Shown piece by piece: positions 1-8,791 of a stretch of DNA of 32,000 bases. The notes beneath the pieces are model-generated. The model did not search any database and was not told where the DNA came from. It saw only the letters and a list, made by a program, of their open reading frames with translations. This DNA comes from Dickeya solani IPO 2222. Its GTDB lineage: Bacteria > Pseudomonadota > Gammaproteobacteria > Enterobacterales > Enterobacteriaceae. Position 1 is the first letter of the stretch, and each line of letters starts with the position of its first letter. The stretch covers positions 3,120,001 to 3,152,000 of the forward strand of contig NZ_CP015137.1 in NCBI RefSeq assembly GCF_001644705.1. Reading direction: 5' to 3'. A program made the translations under genes and the position numbers.

Positions 1-378
1 CTGGCCCGTCAGCCGATCGCCACATTGGCGGCGGTGGCGAACCACACGTTGCTCGACACCGAAACCCGCCCTGGCTTCTGGCCGCAGTTGTTCGATCTGG
101 GCGGGGTGGTCGATCCCGGTACGCTCAACTGGCTGCGTTTTGATCACTTTTACGTCACTTACGCCGCTTTGATCGACGGGCTGGGCGTCGGGCCGGGACC
201 ACTGCCGCTGCTGGCGCGCGACGTGGCGCTAGGCCGGCTGACGGCACCGTTGCCGGATCTGCGCATCGCCGAGCGTACCTACTATTTGCTGACGCCTGCC
301 GGGCTGGCGAAAACCCGGCTGCATTACCGTTTTGAACGCTGGCTGCTGGAAGAAGGGGCCAAACCCGATGAGGCCTGA
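1..378 (+). CDS. LysR-type transcriptional regulator, C-terminal effector-binding fragment (5' end outside the window)
   Basis: Frame 1 is open from base 1 (LARQPIATLAAVANHT...) to the TGA at 376-378. The tail ...GLGVGPGPLPLLARDVALGRLTAPLPDLRIAERTYYLLTPAG...RFERWLLEE resembles the C-terminal lobe of GcvA-like LysR regulators. The HTH is not visible because the N-terminus is missing. Confidence 0.55.
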   Translation: MARQPIATLAAVANHTLLDTETRPGFWPQLFDLGGVVDPGTLNWLRFDHFYVTYAALIDGLGVGPGPLPLLARDVALGRLTAPLPDLRIAERTYYLLTPAGLAKTRLHYRFERWLLEEGAKPDEA

Positions 379-380
379 CC

Positions 381-465
381 TATATTGATCCCTGATCCAC
401 ATTGATACCTAACCCACATTGATACCTGATCCACACCGGTATCTGGCTCACATTATTGTCATGCA
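381..465. repeat. Degenerate 17-bp tandem direct repeat (about 4-5 copies) in the intergenic region upstream of the NUDIX gene
   Basis: Copies: tatattgatccctgatc / cacattgatacctaacc / cacattgatacctgatc / cacaccggtatctggct / cacattattgtcatgca. Copies 2 and 3 differ at 2 positions. The period is 17 bp. Confidence 0.7.
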
Positions 466-511
466 TCAGGGGTAGCGTGGGGCGAAATAACCGAATAAGG
501 AGGTGCTAGCC

Positions 512-967
512 ATGAATTATGTGCAGGAAATGCGTCAGTTGATCGGGCATCGCCCGCTACTGCTGGCTGGGTCTAACGTGATTGTGCTCAATGCGCGCCG
601 GCAGGTGCTGTTGCAGCATCGGCTGGAGGGCGTCTGGGGATTGCCCGGCGGTCTGCTGGAATTGGGGGAGTCGCTGGAAGAGGCGGCGATTCGGGAAGTG
701 CGTGAAGAAACCGGATTGCAACTGAACTCGCTCGATTTTCTGAAGGTGTTCTCCGGTCCCGATCATTTTTTTACCTTGCCTAATCAGGATCAGATCTACG
801 TGATTACCGCCCTGTATGTCTCCTATAGCTGGCAGGGCGATATCGTGGTGGATAAAACCGAATCGCGGGACGTGCGTTTCTTTGATCTTCAGGCACTGCC
901 GCCGCTGGGCGATGAGTACCGCGAATACCTTGATTATTTTCTGTCATTGCCGTCATTGCCGCGCTAA
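512..967 (+). CDS. NUDIX hydrolase
   Basis: Nudix box GLPGGLLELGESLEEAAIREVREETGL (Gx5Ex7REUxEExGU). AAGGAGG at 497-503 lies 8 nt upstream of the ATG at 512, so 512 is preferred over the GTG at 503 given by the ORF track. Confidence 0.85.
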   Translation: MNYVQEMRQLIGHRPLLLAGSNVIVLNARRQVLLQHRLEGVWGLPGGLLELGESLEEAAIREVREETGLQLNSLDFLKVFSGPDHFFTLPNQDQIYVITALYVSYSWQGDIVVDKTESRDVRFFDLQALPPLGDEYREYLDYFLSLPSLPR

Positions 968-1734
968 TGCGCAGGCAGCGTTTCCCACAGCAACGACAGA
1001 CCGGCGATCAGCATCATGCTGTCCACCAGCCGGTTGAACAGGGTGTCGGACAGACGCAGTACGAAGCGTTTGCCGATATACACCCCGGCCACCTGCGTCA
1101 GTCCGACCATCAGCCCGGCCCACAATACCGACAGCGGCAGCGCGCCGACCACGCCGAAGGTAGAGGCTTTGGTCAGATAGATCACCAGCGACGCGGCGGA
1201 TTCGGTCGCCAGTAACGCGCCTTTCAGCAGACCGTAACCGGCAAACAGCGGCAGCGTCAGCGGGCCGGTGGAAAACACCACGCCGGTGAGGAAGCCGACC
1301 ACGCCGCCCGCCACCGCCAGTTGGCTATCGTTCAGGCTGAAGGCGCGCTGCCGGGCCAGATGGCGCAGCGGGATCAGCAGCAGAAAAAACAGACCGATGC
1401 ACAGGCTGGACAAGCGTACCGGCATCGCCCACAGCAGACTGGCGCCGATTATCGACGCCGGGATGCCGGGCAGGCAATAGCAACCCAGCGCCCGCAGGTT
1501 GATGGCGTTACGCCACAGGATAACTTTGGAAATGTTGCTCATGGTGGCGGCGATCGCCATGATCGGCACCGCCGCCTGCGGGCTGAATGCCCAGGCCAGC
1601 GCGGGCAGCAGAATGATGGAGCCGCCGGTGCCGACGATGCCGCTGACGCTGCCGGCGAACAGGCCGAGAAGAAGAATCAGGATATAGCTCACTGGTGACC
1701 TCGCTGAGCGGATTGATTTGTCTGAGGCGAGCAT
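964..1734 (-). CDS. TauE/SafE (DUF81) family anion-export membrane protein
   Basis: Very hydrophobic polytopic protein with the paired G-rich motifs typical of the family (GIVGTGGSIILLPAL ... GFLTGVVFSTGPLTLPLF). An alternative GTG start at 1692 (VSYILILLLG...) is possible. It converges on the NUDIX gene with a 4-nt overlap. Confidence 0.75.
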   Translation of the reverse strand: MLASDKSIRSARSPVSYILILLLGLFAGSVSGIVGTGGSIILLPALAWAFSPQAAVPIMAIAATMSNISKVILWRNAINLRALGCYCLPGIPASIIGASLLWAMPVRLSSLCIGLFFLLLIPLRHLARQRAFSLNDSQLAVAGGVVGFLTGVVFSTGPLTLPLFAGYGLLKGALLATESAASLVIYLTKASTFGVVGALPLSVLWAGLMVGLTQVAGVYIGKRFVLRLSDTLFNRLVDSMMLIAGLSLLWETLPAH

Positions 1735-1968
1735 ACCTGTGTGTCAGGTGAATATCTCTGGCGAAAAAATCACGAATACGTGAGTTAAATTCACATATAT
1801 AACGACGCGGAGATAACGGCCGTAAACGCCTTGACAGCCAATCTTCCGCTCGCATAGGGTGGAAACGGCAGGCGTGATGGACGGGCAAAGTCCGGCCTGC
1901 CGACGCCAGTGGCGTTTTACACAGCCTGACGTATCCGGTAACGAGAATAATAAACAAGGTGTTGCAAC

Positions 1969-2793
1969 ATGAGTCTGACGACGTATCTTGGCAAACAGGT
2001 GCTGGGGGTGCTGGCCTGTTACCAACAAGGAAATGTGGTAATTCATATCTGTGGGGTCTATCCGCGCGCCGACAACAGTCTGCGGGTGTTTTTCCCCAAA
2101 GGGCATGACCTGACGGTGGGTGATCTGGCGACGGTGCACCTCGATAATCGCACCGGCGTTGATGAGTTCGACGCCAATATTTCAGTGTACCGCGCCTCAT
2201 ATAAGGGGCGGGTGGTCAGCGTGGATGACGACTGGGTGATTCTGGCGCCGCGCGAGTGCCAGTTGTTGCATGGTTTTACGCCGGTGGTGGATATCCGCGA
2301 GCCGGGTTATGCGTTCCCGACCGATCTCCGGCCGGAACGACCGGTGCCGTTTACCTCCATGACCGCGCTGCCGGATATTGAGCGCAAAGACTTCACCAAT
2401 AAGGTCGGCGTACTGGTGACGATGGCGGAAGAGCAACCGCACACTACGGTGCTGGCGTTCCTCTCCTCGGTGGAGGACGATATTTTCCTGATTACTTTCC
2501 CGGAAACGTTCAAATCCAAACTGCTCAAACGCAACCCGCACTGCTTTTTCGCCATGGATGAACGCTCGCACTACACTTTTGAACGTTCAATCGAATGGAA
2601 CTATACCCTGATCGAAGGCGATGCCCACCTGATCGAACCGGCAACGCCGCTGTTTGAGGATGTCCGTCACGCGTTTATCAATAAGAACCCGTGGGAAATG
2701 GCGTTTTTCCTGCGGCCCAATCTGGAAATGTATCATATCAAGAGCAGGCAGCTGGTTTGTCCCGGTTCCCGCCAGCCTATCGGCGATGCATGA
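1969..2793 (+). CDS. Hypothetical protein. The C-terminal half is reminiscent of a PNPOx-like/general-stress-26 split-barrel fold (weak call).
   Basis: 274-aa ORF followed by a strong intrinsic terminator. The segment VGVLVTMAEEQPHTTVLAFLSSVEDDIFLITFPETFKSKLLKRNPHCFFAMDE resembles pyridoxamine-5'-phosphate-oxidase-like proteins. The N-terminal half was not recognised. Confidence 0.55.
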   Translation: MSLTTYLGKQVLGVLACYQQGNVVIHICGVYPRADNSLRVFFPKGHDLTVGDLATVHLDNRTGVDEFDANISVYRASYKGRVVSVDDDWVILAPRECQLLHGFTPVVDIREPGYAFPTDLRPERPVPFTSMTALPDIERKDFTNKVGVLVTMAEEQPHTTVLAFLSSVEDDIFLITFPETFKSKLLKRNPHCFFAMDERSHYTFERSIEWNYTLIEGDAHLIEPATPLFEDVRHAFINKNPWEMAFFLRPNLEMYHIKSRQLVCPGSRQPIGDA

Positions 2794-2821
2794 AATAATA
2801 CAGCCTGATAATATTGATTGG

Positions 2822-2848
2822 CGCCCTGCAAATTGCGGGGCGTTTTTT
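2822..2848 (+). terminator. Rho-independent terminator
   Basis: Nine-pair stem cgccctgca / tgcggggcg (one G-U pair) with a 3-nt loop, followed by TTTTTT at 2843-2848. It lies 29 nt after the stop at 2793. Confidence 0.75.
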
Positions 2849-3177
2849 ATTTTCCGGTGAAAATAGAAATCATTAAAACGTTATTTCTATTTTGTGACTG
2901 TTTTTGATAACTGCTTTGCAAGCAGTGTGTTATCTATTTTTAATTTGCTTATTGAGAATGTTCTTGGTTGGTGTTGCTCGTTATGTGGTTTTTTATATCA
3001 ACGGTATTTGTTTTTATTATTAATCGGCGCTGCGTTAATTATTCTCAGGAGGGTATTTTTTTATTGATGGACAGTAAAACGAGTGGTGGACAGTAAAATA
3101 CCAGGGCACCGCCTGGCGTCATCGTTATTTGCCCCGCCATCTTCGATAGCGATAGCAGGGCGGAGCGGTAAACGATG

Positions 3178-4287
3178 TTATTTGAAATCCACCGTCATCA
3201 GTTCCGGCACGCTGAACTGACGGGTGGTTTCGACGCACTTACCCACATATTCGGTAAAGCGCGGCGGGGTTTTCATGCCCAGTTGCAACAGCTTGCGGTT
3301 GCTGAATTTGACATTCAACTGGGCGAACGAACCGTACAGACGCATGGCGCGCAGCATCAGGCGCTCGTTGCAGGGGCCGTACAGCTCGCTGAAGCTGCTG
3401 CGCAGTTTGATCAGGTCGTGGTAGCTCACCTGACGGTAGTCCTCACCCATCGGTGGGCGTGACGCCGCTTGCGCCATCGCCATATCTACTTCGCTGAAAC
3501 TCACGCTGGAGGCTTCGCCAGCGGAAATATGGTAGATATCATCAACCGCCTGCTCGTTGTGCAACAGCATCAGGATGGCTTCGGCGCAGAAATCCACCGG
3601 GATGACATCGATTTTATCGTCAAGCGAGCACATGAATCTCTGGAGTTTCATTGCCATCTCGAACACCCAATAGATGCTGCTGGACGGCTTACAACCCAGA
3701 CGCGAATGACCGACGATGATCGACGGGCGCACAATCAGCAGCGGCATGGTCGGGCAGTGCTCACGCATCAGGTTTTCGATGGTGGCTTTGGACAGGGTGT
3801 ATTCGACGATGTGCGATTTTTCCGTATCCAGCAGGTTGGATTCCTCCACCACCTCGTCCTGATCCGGTACGCAGGACATCGCGGTGCCGATCTGGATGAA
3901 TTTTTGCAGCGATTTAACCTGGCTCATCCGTTTGGCAAAGGCCAGCGTGCCTTCCACATTCACTTTCCAGATCAGCGGATTGTTGCCAAAAGAGGCGATT
4001 GCCGCGCTGTTGATAACGTGGGTGACGCTGTCCAGCGCTGGATGTTGAAGGAAAGATTCCGGTTCAGCTAAATCGCCGACAATAATATTGTCTTCCGTCA
4101 GACGCGATAGTAATGATTCAGAAATATCAAATTTACGCAGGTTATTTATGATTCGTTTAAGTCCGGCCTGTTTATTGTCGGCTCTGACCAACATAAACAG
4201 ATTTTCAGTTTTCCTGTCCTGTAACGCTTTTTCCATGACAGCACCGCCCAGAAAGCCTGTTGCTCCGGTGATGAGTATTGTTTTCAT
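3178..4287 (-). CDS. SDR-family NAD(P)-dependent reductase, thioester-reductase / fatty-acyl reductase-like (NAD_binding_4-like)
   Basis: N-terminal Rossmann motif MKTILITGATGFLGG, catalytic YxxxK (YTLSK), and the layout LVRA...(GD)...VTHVINSAA...NVEGT typical of terminal reductase domains. The ATG at 4287 puts the glycine motif at the N-terminus. The ORF-track start at 4344 is a GTG with no SD. Confidence 0.7.
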   Translation of the reverse strand: MKTILITGATGFLGGAVMEKALQDRKTENLFMLVRADNKQAGLKRIINNLRKFDISESLLSRLTEDNIIVGDLAEPESFLQHPALDSVTHVINSAAIASFGNNPLIWKVNVEGTLAFAKRMSQVKSLQKFIQIGTAMSCVPDQDEVVEESNLLDTEKSHIVEYTLSKATIENLMREHCPTMPLLIVRPSIIVGHSRLGCKPSSSIYWVFEMAMKLQRFMCSLDDKIDVIPVDFCAEAILMLLHNEQAVDDIYHISAGEASSVSFSEVDMAMAQAASRPPMGEDYRQVSYHDLIKLRSSFSELYGPCNERLMLRAMRLYGSFAQLNVKFSNRKLLQLGMKTPPRFTEYVGKCVETTRQFSVPELMTVDFK

Positions 4288-4681
4288 GATGTTAAGACCA
4301 TTTTTATGTAATAGGAAGGTGCTGTCTGAATTGTGCTCAGACACAACGGCAACATTCTATTTCAGTAGGTTTTCGGTTTTCAATTTACCGGCTGGGCTTT
4401 TCTTATCTTGTTGTCGTTTCGTTTAGCTTTTTGTGCGCTCATTAATTTTTTAATTAACGTTTCTGATTGTTTTTTCTTGTCATGATTCATTCATGAGTGG
4501 AAAAGTCACTGGGTTAATTATTAAGTTTTGTATCAGTATTAAGGCGAGGAGATGGAAAATAACTGCGTTGTCATAAAAATAAAACAGGGAATGGCAAGCG
4601 CCATGATTTCACTATTTGCATTGATGCGTTGGCATTGGTGTAGGCTAGATTTCTGGCTGGTGGGGTGGTTGGGGATTTCCG

Positions 4682-4720
4682 GCAGCTACCGGCGTAACTC
4701 ATCTGATCGCCGATAGCTGC
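4682..4720 (-). terminator. Strong hairpin immediately downstream of the MipA-family gene (possible terminator; no U-tract)
   Basis: 13-bp inverted repeat gcagctaccggcg (4682-4694) / cgccgatagctgc (4708-4720) with one mismatch and a 13-nt loop. It lies 8 nt beyond the stop. No T-run follows on the minus strand. Confidence 0.35.
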
Positions 4721-4727
4721 AGGACGG

Positions 4728-5513
4728 TTAGAACGTATAGGTAACGGCAAATGTGCCTTCGCCCTGGTCGGCGCGAAACACGATGGGGCTGTTCGAGGCT
4801 TTATCGTTCAGGCGGGTATAGCTGCCGCTGAGTGTGGCGGCCCAGTGCGGATCAAACTGATGGGTCCAGAACAGCGAGGCCGACTGGCCGTACAGACCGC
4901 TGCCGGCCTGATAGGCGCGATAGCCGGAGTTCTGGCTCTGCTGTTGGCTGACGCCGTAAAACAGGTTGTTATAGCGGGCGTCGCCGAACAGCAAGGTGCC
5001 CTGAGCGCCCAGCGTATCCGATTTGTCCTGGAACAGGATGCCGGTCAGCGATGTCTGGTATTGCACGCCCTGACTGTCGGTCAGCGGCAGAATCGCCTTC
5101 GCTTCCACCGACAACTGGTCGGTAAATTGCCAGCCCATCGCCACGGCGGTGTTCAGTACGCTGTCAATGTCGCCCATGCCGCGCAGTTTGTCGGAACCGG
5201 AGCGGAAAGAGGATTTCTTGTCGGTCCGCCCGATGGCGTAGCCCAGCGTGTGCTCAAGATAGAACTGGCCGAACTGCAGGTCATAACCCGCGCCTTTGGC
5301 GGTATCGAAAAAGAAAGCGCCCTGACGAGCCTGAATCACCGGCAGCATATCCCAACGGCGTTCATCCGAGCCGCTGTAGCGCGGCGCATTGTGGGCGGCG
5401 AGGCCGAGGGTGACGCCGTCTTGCTGACCGGGCGCACCATCGTCGGCCCAACTGATGTTGCTGCCGGCGAAGAAAAGAGTAGCTATATAAAAAGGAATAT
5501 GTCGCACTATCAT
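4728..5513 (-). CDS. MipA/OmpV-family outer-membrane protein
   Basis: Signal-peptide-like start MIVRHIPFYIATLFFAGSNISWA. The family-like segment is APRYSGSDERRWDMLPVI. Alternating beta-strand pattern ends in the aromatic terminus ...FAVTYTF. AAGGAG SD lies 8-9 nt upstream of the ATG at 5513, so the ORF-track start at 5612 was rejected. Confidence 0.8.
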   Translation of the reverse strand: MIVRHIPFYIATLFFAGSNISWADDGAPGQQDGVTLGLAAHNAPRYSGSDERRWDMLPVIQARQGAFFFDTAKGAGYDLQFGQFYLEHTLGYAIGRTDKKSSFRSGSDKLRGMGDIDSVLNTAVAMGWQFTDQLSVEAKAILPLTDSQGVQYQTSLTGILFQDKSDTLGAQGTLLFGDARYNNLFYGVSQQQSQNSGYRAYQAGSGLYGQSASLFWTHQFDPHWAATLSGSYTRLNDKASNSPIVFRADQGEGTFAVTYTF

Positions 5514-5655
5514 CCTGACTTGACTCCTTAGACGGGTAAATGATGTTGCCTGTAACAGGTGTTTTCGTGCATCCCTGTACGAGATGCTGGTTAGTATACG
5601 CATCAGCGTCAATGTACTGTCAGCAAATCATAAAGAAATTATCAAGAGAACCACG

Positions 5656-6345
5656 ATGAGTCCGAAACGCATTCTGATAATCGAAGATGACACGGATGCT
5701 GCCAGCGTGCTGGAAGCTTACCTGAAACGCGACAATTTTCAGGTGTTGCTGGCGGGTGATGGGCTGAACGGGCTGGATATGGCTCAGCGCCTGAAACCGG
5801 ATCTGATCCTGCTGGATGTGATGCTACCGGGCATGAACGGCACCGAAGTGCTGGCCGCCCTGCGCCGCAAAAGCGATGTGCCGGTGATCATGGTCACCGC
5901 TATGGGGGACGATACCGATAAGATCGGCGCGCTGCGGTACGGCGCGGACGATTACGTGACGAAGCCCTACCATCCCGGCGAGGTGGTGGCGCGCGTGCAG
6001 GCGGTGTTGCGGCGTACCTGCGGCGCGATGACGCCCGGCCGATCGTTGACCTTCGGGGCGCTGGAGGTAGATCAGGATGCGATGGTCGCTACCGTGGCCG
6101 ATGCGCAGAGCCAGCGCCAGCCACTGGATCTGACGCCGACGGAATTCAGCCTGTTGGCCACTCTGCTACGCGCTCAGACCCGCGCCTTTTCCCGTCAGGA
6201 ATTGCTGGAGGCGTGCCTGCCGGACAGCGATGCGCTGGAGCGGGTGGTGGATACCCATATTTATAATCTGCGCAAAAAGCTGGAGGCGGTCGGCATTGGC
6301 GGGGTGCTGCTGACGGTGCGCGCGGTTGGTTACAGGTTCCGTTAG
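5656..6345 (+). CDS. OmpR/PhoB-family response regulator
   Basis: Receiver domain (RILIIEDD...LILLDVMLPGMNG...VIMVTA...DDYVTKP) plus winged-helix output (LTPTEFSLLATLL...VDTHIYNLRKKL...VRAVGYRF). The start was moved to the ATG at 5656 (MSPKRILIIEDD). Confidence 0.9.
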   Translation: MSPKRILIIEDDTDAASVLEAYLKRDNFQVLLAGDGLNGLDMAQRLKPDLILLDVMLPGMNGTEVLAALRRKSDVPVIMVTAMGDDTDKIGALRYGADDYVTKPYHPGEVVARVQAVLRRTCGAMTPGRSLTFGALEVDQDAMVATVADAQSQRQPLDLTPTEFSLLATLLRAQTRAFSRQELLEACLPDSDALERVVDTHIYNLRKKLEAVGIGGVLLTVRAVGYRFR

Positions 6346-6347
6346 CC

Positions 6348-7517
6348 ATGAATAACCTGCCTCATCTTTCGCTGTGGCGCTGGCTTTGCCTGCGTATTTT
6401 TTCACTGGCGATTGGCTCAATGGTGCTGATCGCTATCTGTATGTGGTTGCGGTACGCCATTTGGAATCTGTGGGTTATCCACAGCATGCCGGAAGCGGTC
6501 CGTCATGAGTTCGCCGCATTACAGAGCAACCCTGATCTGAACCGCATCCGTTACTACGAGATTCTGGATACCTGGTATGGTCCTAAATCTTTCGACCTGT
6601 CTATTGCCTCCGAAGACTGGATGACTCTGGGAATATTGGTGTTGGTCGCTATCCCGCTGATCGTGATGCTGGGAATGTGGGCCACCCGGCCGTTGTCGGT
6701 GCAGTTCAGTCAACTGGCGGTAGCAGCGCGCGCGGTGGCGCGCGGGCAGTTCGCCACCCGCGCTCGCATGGTGCCGGGCGCGCCGGCGGAGCTGACGCTG
6801 CTGACCCGTGATTTCAACGTCATGACCGCTCAACTGGAGCGGTACGAGCGGGAACTGCACGCGTCGCATGTGGCGATGGCGCACGAGCTGCGTTCACCGC
6901 TAACCGCCGCGATGGGCCGGCTACAAGGGATGCTGGACGGTGTGTTCGAGCCTGATGCCCAACAACTGCAGATGGTGATGAACCAGATGCTCAATCTCAA
7001 CCGTCTGATTGAGGATCTTCATCTGTTATCGATGGCCAGCGCCGGTCAACTGGTTATCGATAAAACCCGGCTGAACCCGGTGGAACTGCTGCGCGACCGT
7101 ATTGCCTGGCTGAAACCGAATGCCGAAGCGGCGGGTTTTGCCATTACGCTGCACGCCGATGAGGAGGGGGATTGTCTGGCGGACCCGCTCCGGCTGGGGC
7201 AGGTATTCACCATCCTGATGGACAATGCACTGCGCTACGCGGTCGAGGGTAAGGCGCAGCACATTGACGTGGTGCGGCGGCAGAATCGCTGGCGGATCCG
7301 CTTTCGTGACTACGGCCCCGGCGTGAGCGAGGTCTTCCTGCCGTATATTTTCGAGCGCTTTTCCCGCGCCGATACGTCGCGGGCGCGCCATTCCGGCGGT
7401 AGCGGGCTGGGATTGTCGATCGCCCTGGCGATTTGCGAGGCGCTCGGCGGCAGCCTGACGGCGGAAAATCACCTGGAGGGCGGCATGTGTTTTATTCTCG
7501 AACTACCGACGGCATGA
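6348..7517 (+). CDS. Sensor histidine kinase (2 TM, HAMP, HisKA, HATPase_c)
   Basis: H-box HELRSPLTA, N-box LMDNALRYA, G1 FRDYGPGV, G2 GGSGLGLSIA. Two N-terminal hydrophobic segments flank a short periplasmic loop. It starts 2 nt after the response-regulator stop. Confidence 0.9.
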   Translation: MNNLPHLSLWRWLCLRIFSLAIGSMVLIAICMWLRYAIWNLWVIHSMPEAVRHEFAALQSNPDLNRIRYYEILDTWYGPKSFDLSIASEDWMTLGILVLVAIPLIVMLGMWATRPLSVQFSQLAVAARAVARGQFATRARMVPGAPAELTLLTRDFNVMTAQLERYERELHASHVAMAHELRSPLTAAMGRLQGMLDGVFEPDAQQLQMVMNQMLNLNRLIEDLHLLSMASAGQLVIDKTRLNPVELLRDRIAWLKPNAEAAGFAITLHADEEGDCLADPLRLGQVFTILMDNALRYAVEGKAQHIDVVRRQNRWRIRFRDYGPGVSEVFLPYIFERFSRADTSRARHSGGSGLGLSIALAICEALGGSLTAENHLEGGMCFILELPTA

Positions 7518-7563
7518 GCTTACTCAAGAGATGACGGCTGGGATAAAACTGATTTTTCAGCAC

Positions 7564-7581
7564 TCTTGATGGTTTCTTGAT
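7564..7581 (+). promoter_or_regulatory. Candidate response-regulator binding site: direct repeat TCTTGAT-N4-TCTTGAT (11-bp register) upstream of the RND operon
   Basis: tcttgat occurs at 7564-7570 and 7575-7581, about 70 bp upstream of the adaptor start (7649). The complementary tcaagag at 7524-7530 matches 6 of the 7 positions (tcttga). A full copy occurs in reverse orientation at 5641-5647 just upstream of the regulator gene. OmpR-family proteins typically bind direct repeats one helical turn apart. Confidence 0.35.
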
Positions 7582-7648
7582 AAAGCGTGGAAACAATCTG
7601 GAAATGTTTGCGGTGTAATAGTTACTAGTCGGTAACAGGAAGCCCATC

Positions 7649-8791
7649 ATGATAAATGCAGAGTCCACCTTTTGTACCCTTAATCACGTAGCCTGTCGCG
7701 GAGGCAACGCGTTTTTACGCGTCGGTGGGCTGGGAGCCTTGCTACTGGCCGCAAGCCTGCTGTCCGGTTGCAACGACGCCAGCAGCGAGCAGGCTTCCGA
7801 GCCGCCGCGCCCGGTTCGCACGGTTACCGTCGAGCCGTCCGCCACCGGTGAGGTGTTATCGCAGATCGGGGAAATCCGCCCGACCGAAGAGACCGCGCTG
7901 GGGTTCCGTCTGGATGGGCGGGTGGTTTCGCGTGCGGTGGATGTGGGCGCAATCGTAAAGGAAGGCGATGTGATCGCCACGCTGGATGCCCGCGACAGCG
8001 AAAACCAACTACAGAGCGCCAGAGCGGACCTGACCCGCGCGACGGCGGCGGAACGGCTGGCGGAGCAGAACCTTAGCCGTATGAAACAGCTGGCTCCCAA
8101 CGGCGCCATTTCCCGTTCGCAACTGGATGAGGCACAGTCGAACTGGGCCTCGGCGGTATCCGTGCGTGAAAGCGCCCAGGCCAGCGTCAAAAGCGCGCAG
8201 GATCGTCTGGGTTATACCCGGTTGTTAGCCCCGGTCGCCGGCGTGATCACCGCGGTCAGCGCCAACCCCGGTCAGGTGGTGAACGCCGGGCAGGAAGTGG
8301 TACGGCTGGCGACCTTCGCCGGCCGCGACGCGGTGTTCAATGTCTCCGAACGTCTCATCACCAGCGGCCTGAAAGATCCGCTGGTGATGGTTTCCCTGCT
8401 GTCCAACCCGGCGATCAAAACCCAAGGGCATGTGCGTGACGTCAGCCCGCTGGCCGATGCCGAAACCCGCACCTGGCGAGTACGCGTCTCGCTGATTGAA
8501 CCGCCGAAAGAGATGGTGCTAGGCGCCACCGTACAGGGTGAGGTAACGCTGCCCGGTGGTAATGCCATTGCGCTGCCGGCGTCGGCGCTGACCCGTCAGG
8601 GCGATAATCCTGCGGTGTTTGTGGTCGACCCGCAGACGCAGACGCTGCGGCTGCAACCGATCACTCTGCGTCATTACAGCGATTCGCAGATCGTTGTCGC
8701 CGACGGCCTGTCCACCGGTGACAAGGTGGTCACGGCCGGCGTCAGCAAACTGCGGGCGGGCGAGAAGGTTACGCTGGCGGAGGCGAAATAA
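7649..8791 (+). CDS. RND efflux periplasmic adaptor (MFP) lipoprotein
   Basis: Lipobox LLSG|C, then a lipoyl/hairpin/beta-barrel layout (VRTVTV...GEIRP...GRVVSRAVDVGAIVKEGDVIATLD...QLQSARADL...LGYTRLLAPVAGVIT). Its stop overlaps the pump start (TAATG). Confidence 0.85.
   Translation: MINAESTFCTLNHVACRGGNAFLRVGGLGALLLAASLLSGCNDASSEQASEPPRPVRTVTVEPSATGEVLSQIGEIRPTEETALGFRLDGRVVSRAVDVGAIVKEGDVIATLDARDSENQLQSARADLTRATAAERLAEQNLSRMKQLAPNGAISRSQLDEAQSNWASAVSVRESAQASVKSAQDRLGYTRLLAPVAGVITAVSANPGQVVNAGQEVVRLATFAGRDAVFNVSERLITSGLKDPLVMVSLLSNPAIKTQGHVRDVSPLADAETRTWRVRVSLIEPPKEMVLGATVQGEVTLPGGNAIALPASALTRQGDNPAVFVVDPQTQTLRLQPITLRHYSDSQIVVADGLSTGDKVVTAGVSKLRAGEKVTLAEAK

Noticed and set aside
1508-2200. 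230-aa and 131-aa minus-strand ORFs spanning the TauE 5' end, the intergenic region and the start of the 1969 gene
   Set aside because: They overlap two better-supported genes and a divergent promoter region. The products are Arg/His/Pro-rich with no motifs.
3469-4071. 200-aa plus-strand ORF inside the SDR gene
   Set aside because: It is antisense to a gene with clear Rossmann and YxxxK motifs, and no motif of its own was recognised.
4845-5531. 228-aa plus-strand ORF opposite the MipA-family gene
   Set aside because: It is antisense to a gene with a signal peptide, an SD and an OMP terminus, and its composition is low-complexity.
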